A DNA stretch of 64,000 nt. Origin: a virus. Location of the stretch: IMG/VR virus record IMGVR_UViG_3300043571_000425; one strand, written 5' to 3'. Shown here piece after piece: positions 8,963 through 17,293 of this stretch (positions are counted from its first letter, which is position 1; every line of letters starts with the position of its first letter). The notes under the pieces were generated by a model. That model worked only from the letters and a program-made list of their open reading frames with translations. It was not told the origin of the DNA and did no database searches. The position numbers and the translations under genes are program-made.

Positions 8963-9433
8963 ATGAGAACTAAAACAATAATCTTATTCGCCATTTCTAT
9001 TCTATCTTTTGCCTTTTTAGTTATTAGTAAAAAACTTGGTTTGTCGTGGGTAGAAATATTAGGAATATTTATAGGATTACTTGGGCTTGTTTTGTCGGTG
9101 TGGATGGGACTCAAATCTGTTAGTGATGCTGAACAAAACTCAATTAGTGATGTAAAAAAAGATTTAATTTCTTTGATCGATAATATTAAACATGACAAGG
9201 AAGCGACGGATAGATCCCAAAACAAGGATCTTGAATTTGTTAAACAGCAAACGTCCTTATTGTCGGGGATAATTCAAGAGCAAAACCGCATTAACGCCGA
9301 AATATCCAGTATGGCGCGAGATTTTGAGCAGCTATCCGCAGCACTCGCGCAAAACTCAAAGTATACCGAAGTGCTGAAACGTCAATCTAATATTGAGCGG
9401 CGGGTTGAGAAGCTGGAAAATGCGAATCATTAG
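8963..9433 (+). CDS. membrane protein with coiled-coil C-terminus
   Basis: Two N-terminal hydrophobic helices (IILFAISILSFAFLVI, ILGIFIGLLGLVLSVWMGL) followed by a charged helical region. Confidence 0.5.
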   Translation: MRTKTIILFAISILSFAFLVISKKLGLSWVEILGIFIGLLGLVLSVWMGLKSVSDAEQNSISDVKKDLISLIDNIKHDKEATDRSQNKDLEFVKQQTSLLSGIIQEQNRINAEISSMARDFEQLSAALAQNSKYTEVLKRQSNIERRVEKLENANH

Positions 9434-9478
9434 GTGAAACTATTGAAACATCAATAGGATAATTGGTAAATAAATATA

Positions 9479-9561
9479 TTGACAACCTATAAAGTTAGAG
9501 GTTATAAGTATAAACATAAAGAAGGCGATCGTCTGTCTCGCAAACTAAAACGATCGCCTTC
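9479..9561 (+). promoter_or_regulatory. sigma70-like promoter plus conserved leader and 11-bp-stem hairpin (module copy 1)
   Basis: TTGACA (9479-9484), 18 nt, TATAAG (9503-9508), then ACATAAAGAAGGC and hairpin GAAGGCGATCG (9521-9531)/CGATCGCCTTC (9551-9561). About 49 nt are shared with 11784-11832. Confidence 0.6.
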
Positions 9562-9585
9562 TAATCCACATGAGAGAACTCTATT

Positions 9586-10443
9586 ATGGCACAGAAGTCC
9601 GGTAGCGGTAGTTTAACTTTGGTTTTAGAACAGGTTAAACAAGAAATTCAAGTTGATTCCGAGGGTAAAGGTAAAGCATCAATTCGGGCGGTTGCAAGAT
9701 TGGTTGATGTTAGTGATATGGCTATTTCCAAGGCATTAAGCACTGCAAACCTAGAGCCATCCAAAATGTCCCAATCCCTTATAGAGCAAGGTTTTGATAG
9801 TGCAAACCAAGCCACCTGGAAAACCAACGGGATACCAGATATTGCGATCGCCTCCATAGCCCATTATTACGCTTACGAAGCTGGTAGATATTGCACAAGT
9901 CAAGCTAAGTTAGTTTGTAAGGCATTTACCGCAATTGGTATTAGAGCGTGGATGCAACAAGTCGCCGGATGGTCTACCCCAAATTCGCACGCCCCAAAAA
10001 CTCCTTCCTTGTCACCCAGCCCTCAAGATATCGCCCAGTTGTACGACTTGATACTCGGCAATACCAATTTAGACCCCAAACTAATCGCAGGGGTCAAATT
10101 AAACGCGATTGCTACCCTACATCCTCAACTAGCATCTGCGGCGGAAATGATTAAGCCAGTGTTACAGATTCCGGTGGATGATCAACTAATATCTCCTACC
10201 CAAATAGCTGAAGCCCTCACACGCCGCACGCAAAAAACCTGGACCGCTAGGGAAGTTAACAAGCTGTTGATCAAAGAAGGCTTTCAACAGCCACACCCAG
10301 AAGGTAGCAGCAGCCCCGCGTATCTCCCAACCCAGAAAGGGGAAAGGTTTTCAAAAATCATCCTTAACACAGCGAAAAACACCAATAAAACTATCCAGAC
10401 TTTGCGGTGGCTTCCTGCGATTCTAAAGGAATTGGGAGTGTAA
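9586..10443 (+). CDS. putative antirepressor-like DNA-binding protein
   Basis: 285 aa. It has an N-terminal HTH-like IRAVARLVDVSDMAISKAL. The C-terminal LISPTQIAEALTRRTQKTWTAREVNKLLIKEGF resembles KilA-C/Ant C-terminal domains. Confidence 0.35.
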   Translation: MAQKSGSGSLTLVLEQVKQEIQVDSEGKGKASIRAVARLVDVSDMAISKALSTANLEPSKMSQSLIEQGFDSANQATWKTNGIPDIAIASIAHYYAYEAGRYCTSQAKLVCKAFTAIGIRAWMQQVAGWSTPNSHAPKTPSLSPSPQDIAQLYDLILGNTNLDPKLIAGVKLNAIATLHPQLASAAEMIKPVLQIPVDDQLISPTQIAEALTRRTQKTWTAREVNKLLIKEGFQQPHPEGSSSPAYLPTQKGERFSKIILNTAKNTNKTIQTLRWLPAILKELGV

Positions 10444-10446
10444 GTT

Positions 10447-10929
10447 ATGAGAATACCAGAAGGTTGGACACAGCCCAAATACGGGTTAGGCGAACGGACA
10501 AAGCAGGGTATGATCATCGGCATTGATTACTATCCAAAATACACAAGGGCGGCTCATGAGTACGGTAATATATGGCGTTACTTGGTGACTAGAAGCCCTT
10601 TTGATAACCCTGATGACCTCATTTATTATGAAGAGTCAGAAGTTGAGCCGCTTCCACAGGATCAATTACGCGCTCAAATCCAGGATGAGATTGATTTTCA
10701 CACCAAGCGTTTAGAATTTCTCAAAAAGGAATTGCTGTTTTCTGGGTGCAACGTTTCAATGATTGGTAGTGATGTACTCGTATCCTGTGAATCCGATGAT
10801 ATTCTCTTTGAATTAGTCAAGAAGCAGCATAAAATGATCTGTAAATTGACGACAGGACGGCATATTAACCGGATCATTCTGATCTCCAAAAAAGGTGAAC
10901 GTACTACCTTCTACCCCAAAAATAAATAG
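10447..10929 (+). CDS. hypothetical protein
   Basis: 160-aa ORF, 3 nt after the previous stop. Confidence 0.5.
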   Translation: MRIPEGWTQPKYGLGERTKQGMIIGIDYYPKYTRAAHEYGNIWRYLVTRSPFDNPDDLIYYEESEVEPLPQDQLRAQIQDEIDFHTKRLEFLKKELLFSGCNVSMIGSDVLVSCESDDILFELVKKQHKMICKLTTGRHINRIILISKKGERTTFYPKNK

Positions 10930-10966
10930 GTAAAAGTCACAATTCGCTTTATCACTAAGTAAAGGT

Positions 10967-10994
10967 ATCCTCATGTATAACATGAGGATTTTTT
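10967..10994 (+). terminator. rho-independent terminator
   Basis: ATCCTCATG (10967-10975), loop TATAA, CATGAGGAT (10981-10989), then T5 (10990-10994). Confidence 0.7.
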
Positions 10995-11429
10995 ATGCTG
11001 AAAAATATCGTTTTAACTGGTGTTTTGTCGTTGTCTACCGCGTTACCTGTGTTAGCAAAACCTTATCCTGTGTATCCAACAGAATCAGAATTTTTGCGGT
11101 ATGAATATGGATTAGCCAGCTTTTTCAATAACTCCAGCACAGCACAACACAACAGCATATATATACGGAAAAGTGACCGCCAGAGAAGATTTGATGGGCA
11201 GATAGTCTGTGGTATGTTGACGGACTATTCGGTGGGGAAATACTTGTCTATCAGGATTCAGACGATAAAAATAGTTGACAGAAGCGATCCTAAAAAAATG
11301 ACTGACGAGCTTGCCTATTTATTCGGCGTTACTGCGTCAGCTATTGACAATATGTGTAGCGAAAATCGAGCGGAATTTATGGACTTTGTGGATGAACTAA
11401 AGAGAAAAGGGTTTTCAGTATTTCAATAG
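10995..11429 (+). CDS. secreted or periplasmic protein
   Basis: 144 aa with a signal-peptide-like N-terminus MLKNIVLTGVLSLSTALPVLAKP. Confidence 0.5.
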   Translation: MLKNIVLTGVLSLSTALPVLAKPYPVYPTESEFLRYEYGLASFFNNSSTAQHNSIYIRKSDRQRRFDGQIVCGMLTDYSVGKYLSIRIQTIKIVDRSDPKKMTDELAYLFGVTASAIDNMCSENRAEFMDFVDELKRKGFSVFQ

Positions 11430-11493
11430 ATTATTGAATTTTTCGATAATTAGGATCACATAACCATTAGCTCGGTGTTTGCGGCGAACCGAG

Positions 11494-11733
11494 TTAATGA
11501 TTGTCGAAACTTACGCCAAAATCAACGCCTAATACTTTTTCAATTTTATGTAGCGTCTCTTCTGGGATATTCTGCTGCTCTTTTTCGATCCGATACCAAT
11601 TCATAGGAGAAAACCCTATTTCTCTGCAAAGCTCAAGTAGCGGCTTTGGGCTAGATTTTCTGGCGGCTTTTATCCTTTCCCCTAGTCCGGGGACATCAAT
11701 AGACATCTGTTTTGTAACTTTCATTGTTGGCAT
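11494..11733 (-). CDS. XRE/Cro-CI family HTH regulator
   Basis: 79 aa. GERIKAARKSSPKPLLELCREIGFSPMNWYRIEKEQQNIPEETLHKIEKVLGV matches the HTH_3 pattern. It is divergent from promoter module copy 2. Confidence 0.7.
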   Translation of the reverse strand: MPTMKVTKQMSIDVPGLGERIKAARKSSPKPLLELCREIGFSPMNWYRIEKEQQNIPEETLHKIEKVLGVDFGVSFDNH

Positions 11734-11783
11734 GGCGGTGATCTCAGTTATTTATAAATTTACCATAACTTATAAATTGGTAC

Positions 11784-11867
11784 TTGACAACCTATAAAGT
11801 TATGGGTTATAGTGGTAGACATAAAGAAGGCAGTTGCTCAACTCCTGAGAAAAGTAAACAACTGCCT
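11784..11867 (+). promoter_or_regulatory. sigma70-like promoter plus conserved leader and hairpin (module copy 2)
   Basis: TTGACA (11784-11789), 18 nt, TATAGT (11808-11813), ACATAAAGAAGGC, then hairpin AGGCAGTTG (11828-11836)/CAACTGCCT (11859-11867). The stem sequence differs from copy 1 but the structure is kept. Confidence 0.6.
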
Positions 11868-11898
11868 CCTGTCAACCCAATAAAAGGTTTAACCAACT

Positions 11899-12771
11899 AT
11901 GTCACACCCAATTTACAGCCGTCAACAACTCGGTGGCAAAAAACTTTCAAAAGTAAAACAAATTGCTGCTGAATTAGGAGTCGTTCCATCTGGCAACAAA
12001 ACTTTCTTGGTTAGTTGGATTGATGCAATTGTTGAGCATCAAGCCGCACAAGTCCAGAAGATTCAAGCCGTAGAAGCAACCATTGATTTTGAGAGTGAAA
12101 GTTTTGAGGGTTCTACCCAGCCTTACATGGTTTTGGTTGGCGGCGAGATTGTCCACCGTGCTGCAACCTACCAACAAGCAGAAAGATATTGTAAATGGCA
12201 CTCACTCACTCTCGTTGATAGCCAAACCTTAGCCCAAAGTGAACTTGAAACGGAGATGGAAGTTCAAAGCATTGCTGCAACAGAAGCTGAAAATATTCAA
12301 TTTGCCGATATTGACTTCGGACACCATGAAGCCGTCATTTATGGTGAGGTAGTCGCTACAATAAGCACGATTTTTGATCGTGATACTGATAATATGAGTT
12401 GGCGTGCTGAGGGTAGCATTGAGCCTCGCAGTTTTGACTGCTATGAAGAGGCGGAAACCTATGTAAAATCAGAATACATGAATAAAATCATTAAATTGCA
12501 TAGGGGGTCGGGTCGCATTGGCGATGATGAGCGCGGCAGTGGTCGCATAACTCCCCCTATCGGAGACATGGGTATGAGCATCGAAGACACCCATTTTCAG
12601 GACGAAATCGGACAGCAATACTCAGTTAGGATTCATGGGATTCTCGCAGGAACTATCTGGCTATCCGACGACGACGGCTGGACAATGGATGGTTTGTATT
12701 TTCAAGATGACTGGCGACCTGTAGCCAGAGAACTAGCGATGCTGACACGCCGTGACTTGGTAGCAGCTTAG
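11899..12771 (+). CDS. hypothetical protein with N-terminal SAP/HeH-like motif
   Basis: 290 aa. LSKVKQIAAELGVVPSGNKTFLVSWIDAIVEH resembles a SAP/HeH DNA-binding motif. The remainder is acidic. Confidence 0.45.
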   Translation: MSHPIYSRQQLGGKKLSKVKQIAAELGVVPSGNKTFLVSWIDAIVEHQAAQVQKIQAVEATIDFESESFEGSTQPYMVLVGGEIVHRAATYQQAERYCKWHSLTLVDSQTLAQSELETEMEVQSIAATEAENIQFADIDFGHHEAVIYGEVVATISTIFDRDTDNMSWRAEGSIEPRSFDCYEEAETYVKSEYMNKIIKLHRGSGRIGDDERGSGRITPPIGDMGMSIEDTHFQDEIGQQYSVRIHGILAGTIWLSDDDGWTMDGLYFQDDWRPVARELAMLTRRDLVAA

Positions 12772-12837
12772 TTAATCGGCTGGGTGCGATGCCGTACAAA
12801 TCCGCACAGACAAAACAACGATGAGCAGGATAAAACA

Positions 12838-13752
12838 ATGACAAACGCAGTATTAGCACCAGATTTTGAAGATCAACAGTTTTCCGCGCCAGTCTCTGAG
12901 CGTCCGCCAATTGCTCTAATAATTAATCCCAGGTTTGGAAGAACTGGTATTCTTCCTTACGGATTTGCGATAACTAAAAAAGATGCAGAATCATGTTCCT
13001 TTGATCTCCCTGAAAATTGGGAGATAGTAGAACATGAGTGGCCTAGTGGCGACAAAGAAATTGTTCTAATGACTTTAAAGCCAAGACTATTAATCCTCTC
13101 TAGCACCCCTGTTTACTTGAAAAGCAGGAACGAAGGATTCTTGTCTGGGAAGATGAGAGAAAAAAACGAACTCATCGGCGAGATGAGAAAATTCAGTGAT
13201 TTTTGGAAGAATAAAAATCTCTACAAAACAGCAAGTTGGAGTTATTGCTACGTCTTAGGACAAGACAATAAACCCTGTCACACTGCGCCAATCAGGATAT
13301 CCCTTGGTGGGGCAAGCGGGGCTTCGTTTAACGCTTCATGGTTGCAACATCAAACTAAAGAGACAAATCGAGGTGGTTTTTGCTGTGACATGGAGAAAGC
13401 TTACGCTCAAAGCAGGAAACAGCCATATAAACCGATGGGGGACTTGTTTCATGCTCATTGCATTTATGAACCCACAATAACAGATGCCGTGCGGGGCATA
13501 GCTCCTAACACAGCAAATGTAGCTGTTGTTGAGAGCTATAAACCAGCTACCATGTCTTCTCTTGTGACAAACGGCAGTGAGTTGAGTGAGCAAATAAAAC
13601 TCAGCAGAGAGTTAGTCAAGGATTGGAGACCGTCACTAAAAGAAACTGCTACCGAAGATGAAGGCAAACCCAATCCGAATGAGTTTAATGCGGCTGCTCA
13701 ATCGGCAGGACAAAACCCAGAAGATGACGAATTTGGCTATCCTCCATACTAA
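12838..13752 (+). CDS. hypothetical protein
   Basis: The ORF track starts at GTG 12784. ATG 12838 (MTNAVL) has an AGGA about 10 nt upstream and is preferred. No family recognised. Confidence 0.5.
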   Translation: MTNAVLAPDFEDQQFSAPVSERPPIALIINPRFGRTGILPYGFAITKKDAESCSFDLPENWEIVEHEWPSGDKEIVLMTLKPRLLILSSTPVYLKSRNEGFLSGKMREKNELIGEMRKFSDFWKNKNLYKTASWSYCYVLGQDNKPCHTAPIRISLGGASGASFNASWLQHQTKETNRGGFCCDMEKAYAQSRKQPYKPMGDLFHAHCIYEPTITDAVRGIAPNTANVAVVESYKPATMSSLVTNGSELSEQIKLSRELVKDWRPSLKETATEDEGKPNPNEFNAAAQSAGQNPEDDEFGYPPY

Positions 13753-13845
13753 TTAATCCTGTAGGGTGCATCGTTGCACCCTAAAATGAAATTGTTTGTA
13801 GAAAGCCTGGAAAATGAAAACAAGGAAGAGTAGCGAGGAAAAGAA

Positions 13846-14049
13846 ATGACTGTAAAAGAGTTTAAAGAATATTTGGATAAATTCTTAACGGAAAATCCAG
13901 AATTAGAAAATCAGGAATTTGTAATTTACGATGAGTCTAATATGACTCATCACACGATAGAAACAATCAGAGACGACGGGTATCATGATGTTGTTTCTGT
14001 AGTGATTTATACGCTAACCCGCCAAACCCCTGATTTTTTTCTTCCCTAA
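13846..14049 (+). CDS. hypothetical small protein
   Basis: 67-aa ORF. Its 3' end overlaps the 3' end of the convergent terminase gene by 36 nt, so its reality is uncertain. Confidence 0.35.
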   Translation: MTVKEFKEYLDKFLTENPELENQEFVIYDESNMTHHTIETIRDDGYHDVVSVVIYTLTRQTPDFFLP

Positions 14050-15513
14050 CTTCCGTTCTCGCGTCTCTTTCTTGAACGGATAGATTGAATGAATTAGATA
14101 ACCCGCTGCGTCGCTTAAATGTGATAGCAGCGGGTTATCGCTTTTATTGATGCCCTCATCGCTCCATGTCACCTGTTCCAAATCCTTGATAAAGTTTTGG
14201 CAGTTAGCAAAGTGAATATAGCAACGGTTTTGGCGGAAAAGTTGATTAACTGAGTGAACCCGATTCACAACAAACGGGTTAGCGTCGGCAAACTTGCGAA
14301 CCAAATAACCTTTACCTCCCAGTGCTGCTAGTGGCTCTAATCCCTGAAAAACGATATCCCACGATGACAACCGACTAGCCGCAGTTCGAGCGCGTCCGGT
14401 GGCATCTCCAAATATCTGGATTTCTGGGGGTATGCCGTATTTCTCTACCCAGTCCACAATACTTTCTGTGAGTTCCCAAATGTCGGAGTCCATGATTGAC
14501 CATTCCCGGCAAAAATGAACCTCATTGCCCCGTTGTTGAGCCGCTAGACAAACTATAGGCGTGTGGTTAAAGTCAAAGGTTAGGAGTAGTGGTAAATTTG
14601 GGTCATATTCCAAAAGTTCGGCATCTTCACCTTGCAAGGCATGAGTTTGACGGTCAAAGTATTTGTAAATTAATCCGATTGAAGTATTAACAAACTTACC
14701 TTCAATTTCTTGCTGGTAAAGTTCATCACTATAATTACCTTTTAATGACTCTACATAGTCATCGCTTAAATGGATATTATCTATTGTGGAAATATTTGTC
14801 ATTTGGTGATTTTGAATCAGCTTCTCACTTCTTTTTGGATCACCAAATTTTGCATATAAATAGTTATATCCTGCGGGGGATGTCGTCAATAATCCATGCC
14901 CTTTCTCTTTATTCTTTTCTCTACCTAACCGCCCATCAATTGTTAAAAAAGCCTGTTCCGGTGCGTAGGCAAACTCATCACCCCAAAACCAATCAATTTG
15001 CAACCCACGTCCGCTTTGCACTTTACCAGAAAAGTTATTTGCTGAAATTACATAAGCGAAAGCCTTTTCATGTCCAATATAGCAATGTTGCGCCCGTGCG
15101 ATCGCTATGGCATTATCTTCTATGGTTTCACGCCAAGGCACAAGCGGGATATTGAAAGTACGACATACTTCAACAAATGTCACAAGGGTGGCTCTCGCCA
15201 ATTGTCCATAATCATTTGCGCTGATCATGCCTCTGGATTTGGGGCTGGAGATTGCACGGTCACAAACCCACACACCGCCCATAAAGGTTTTCCCGCTTCC
15301 TATGCCACCCAGCAAAAGAGTCCATCTGTGTTCAGGCAATTCATTTGTATTCCACCGGACTAAATTAATAAACTCAGTTTGTCCGCCGGGGTTAGGAGAG
15401 AATGACTCATACAGCGTTATCGGGTTTATTGTTGGCGTTACCCTCGCTCTGGTATTTTGCTGTGTCTTAATCTTATTTTTAGGATTTAATCTGGCAGGGG
15501 ATGGAAAAATCAT
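14014..15513 (-). CDS. terL: terminase large subunit
   Basis: Walker A LLLGGIGSGKTFMGG, Walker B-like DWFWGDEFAY, and a C-terminal nuclease-like region with acidic motifs (LLTFDFNHT, IFGDATGRART). The 499-aa size is typical. Confidence 0.85.
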   Translation of the reverse strand: MIFPSPARLNPKNKIKTQQNTRARVTPTINPITLYESFSPNPGGQTEFINLVRWNTNELPEHRWTLLLGGIGSGKTFMGGVWVCDRAISSPKSRGMISANDYGQLARATLVTFVEVCRTFNIPLVPWRETIEDNAIAIARAQHCYIGHEKAFAYVISANNFSGKVQSGRGLQIDWFWGDEFAYAPEQAFLTIDGRLGREKNKEKGHGLLTTSPAGYNYLYAKFGDPKRSEKLIQNHQMTNISTIDNIHLSDDYVESLKGNYSDELYQQEIEGKFVNTSIGLIYKYFDRQTHALQGEDAELLEYDPNLPLLLTFDFNHTPIVCLAAQQRGNEVHFCREWSIMDSDIWELTESIVDWVEKYGIPPEIQIFGDATGRARTAASRLSSWDIVFQGLEPLAALGGKGYLVRKFADANPFVVNRVHSVNQLFRQNRCYIHFANCQNFIKDLEQVTWSDEGINKSDNPLLSHLSDAAGYLIHSIYPFKKETRERKLGKKKIRGLAG

Positions 15514-15530
15514 AATAAATTATCTTAAAT

Positions 15531-15863
15531 ATGCCTAATTATAAAGCCCGTTATGGCAACCTGAAAAAGCACAAGAAGAAATGCAGAAAAGCACACCTTA
15601 GAACTCATGGACTTTGTACGGTGTGCTTGGTTAATAAGTCGGAACAGGTGCATCATTCCAGTTATCGGAAGTCGGGGGACAGGTACGGCATTAACATTTT
15701 CCCCTCGTGTTTTCACTGTCATAAATATATCTGCCATAGTCCTAAAAATTGGATTGTTCACCCCACAGATCCGGAATGGAAGAATCACAACACCCCGGCA
15801 TTTACTAAGATGCTACAGGCGAATTATAGGAAGATTCAGAAGTTTTATAATCAAAAACCCTAG
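15531..15863 (+). CDS. HNH endonuclease-like protein
   Basis: CTVCLVNKSEQVHHSSY...NIFPSCFHCHKYICH fits CxxC...HH...N...CxxCH of the beta-beta-alpha-Me zinc finger. It lies divergently next to terL, as in many cos/HNH packaging systems. Confidence 0.5.
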   Translation: MPNYKARYGNLKKHKKKCRKAHLRTHGLCTVCLVNKSEQVHHSSYRKSGDRYGINIFPSCFHCHKYICHSPKNWIVHPTDPEWKNHNTPAFTKMLQANYRKIQKFYNQKP

Positions 15864-16004
15864 CCTGTTTTTGATATTGTAAGTAGCTGCCAATCACTTT
15901 CAAAATAACTGATTTTTGTCGGATATTTTGCTATATAATATTAATATTCCCCTGCGGTACTGCTAATACCCAGGGATTGAGTCAACCTGATTGGAGATCG
16001 ACTA

Positions 16005-16820
16005 ATGACTAATATATCAAATGATGCACAGAATATCATCAAGTTTCATCAAGAACTTAAATCATCTTTTGAGGAAACAAATATAGAAGGCGTGAAAGCC
16101 AAGTTTTCAATGGCGATGACAGCCCAACACGCCTTTTTTGCTGAGTTAAGAGAAGATTTAATTCCTGTTCTGTCTAATATATGTGAAGACGAGTGCTTAA
16201 TCATTGATCTATGGGTGAAAGATGCCCTGGTGTTTGATGGAGACTACCGTAAATCAAAATTATCTTCTGTTGTGGAGAAAGATAATGTTAATCAATGTCT
16301 TAGTAATGCGTTAATTAACATAAAGGGAATGTATGCTAATTTGATTCCCGTACTGTTTATTTTTAGGGAGTCTTTTGGGCAGTCGGATTACCTATCTTTT
16401 GGTTTTGACTTAATTGAAAAGCCCTTCACATGGGGCAAGGAAGATAAAAAATCGCCGTCACCTAAAATAGTCAAGCCCAAAGAAAAAGACCTGGAAAAAG
16501 AATTATTAGATTGGCTTTTTTCTTATGGGATTCAAGCCGATAGCCAAGTTAAAACTTCAAAACATCGAACCGATATTTGGATACCGTCAAAATGTTTTCT
16601 TGAACTGAAGCGAGACAAGGTAACTGGCGATGATGTTTGTCAGGCAATTGATTATTGTGTAGAGTACAAAATGCCTATCATAATAGTCGGAAACAATATC
16701 ACAGAAATGGCTTGTCGTGGGATAACAGCATTTAATAAAGCCGTTGACGCTGACTTGATTTGTTTTGTTCAGTGGAGTGCTATCAAGGTATATCTCAAAG
16801 GAATGTTTGGGCTAAGATAG
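16005..16820 (+). CDS. hypothetical protein with C-terminal PD-(D/E)XK-like motif
   Basis: 271 aa. The C-terminal LEKELLDWLFSYGIQADSQVKTSKHRTDIWIPSKCFLELKRDKVTGDDVCQAIDY fits E..L..G...D-x(n)-E-x-K...Q..Y. The pattern is similar to the C-terminus of 57235..59157. Confidence 0.4.
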   Translation: MTNISNDAQNIIKFHQELKSSFEETNIEGVKAKFSMAMTAQHAFFAELREDLIPVLSNICEDECLIIDLWVKDALVFDGDYRKSKLSSVVEKDNVNQCLSNALINIKGMYANLIPVLFIFRESFGQSDYLSFGFDLIEKPFTWGKEDKKSPSPKIVKPKEKDLEKELLDWLFSYGIQADSQVKTSKHRTDIWIPSKCFLELKRDKVTGDDVCQAIDYCVEYKMPIIIVGNNITEMACRGITAFNKAVDADLICFVQWSAIKVYLKGMFGLR

Positions 16821-16875
16821 ATAAAACAATCCCCTGTTGGACTCGGTGCTGATAACACCATCCGGTGAGGGGATT
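16821..16875 (-). terminator. putative terminator hairpin for the minus-strand sigma-ParB-Mom-tRNA unit
   Basis: Outer stem AATCCCCT (16828-16835)/AGGGGATT (16868-16875) with inner alternative GGTG/CACC helices. On the minus strand it is followed by GTTTTATCT. Confidence 0.45.
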
Positions 16876-16945
16876 ACATGATAATTGTAACACAATTTAT
16901 AGGTATTTCAAACAGTTGTACTATGGTTTCGATAAGCAACGTTAA

Positions 16946-17017
16946 AGCGAGTAGGTAGGATTTGAACCTCCGATCATGGGTTGGACACCCACAGCTTTAC
17001 CACTCAGCTATACTCGC
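16946..17017 (-). tRNA. tRNA-like gene, anticodon UCC (Gly) by position, non-canonical
   Basis: The reverse complement reads GCGAGTA-TA-GCTG-AGTGGTA-AAGC-T-GTGGG-TGTCCAA-CCCAT-GATC-GGAGG-TTCAAAT-CCT(A)CC-TACTCGC-T. It has a perfect 7-bp acceptor stem, GG in the D loop and a TTCAAAT T loop. However position 33 is G, not U, the T stem carries a bulged A, and no CCA is encoded. Confidence 0.6.
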
Positions 17018-17020
17018 AAT

Positions 17021-17293
17021 CTAATTATATACTATTTTCTCACCTTTATACATTGAGAAACCACGTTTTTTAATCTCATCAAACGGGATTATGGGAACTG
17101 TTAATTTTTCTCTATAAGTAGGATCTAAAAAATAGATATATCTCATTTGGCAGCCGCTTAATAATTCTCCACCATGATCTTGTTGTAATTTCTTCAATGG
17201 TGTATTTGGGTTTCCATAGGTGTTTGTTACCCAATGGCTAATTGCAGATGTTTTTGTTTGTACGGTAATTCTATGAACCGTATCCCCCCCCCC
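17021..17293 (-). other. 88-codon open extension of the Mom-like gene in the -1 frame, reached through a G10 tract
   Basis: Removing one G from the C10 run (17284-17293, plus strand) gives ...LSRGGDTVHRITVQTKTSAISHWVTNTYGNPNTPLKKLQQDHGGELLSGCQMRYIYFLDPTYREKLTVPIIPFDEIKKRGFSMYKGEKIVYN* ending at TAG 17023-17021. There is no stop in 88 codons of AT-rich DNA. Confidence 0.6.

Noticed and set aside
16829-16875. Second tRNA or tRNA fragment (att-like): GGTG-CTGATAA-CACC looks like an anticodon arm with GAU
   Set aside because: No acceptor stem, D arm or T arm can be drawn around it. It fits better as part of the terminator hairpin between convergent units.
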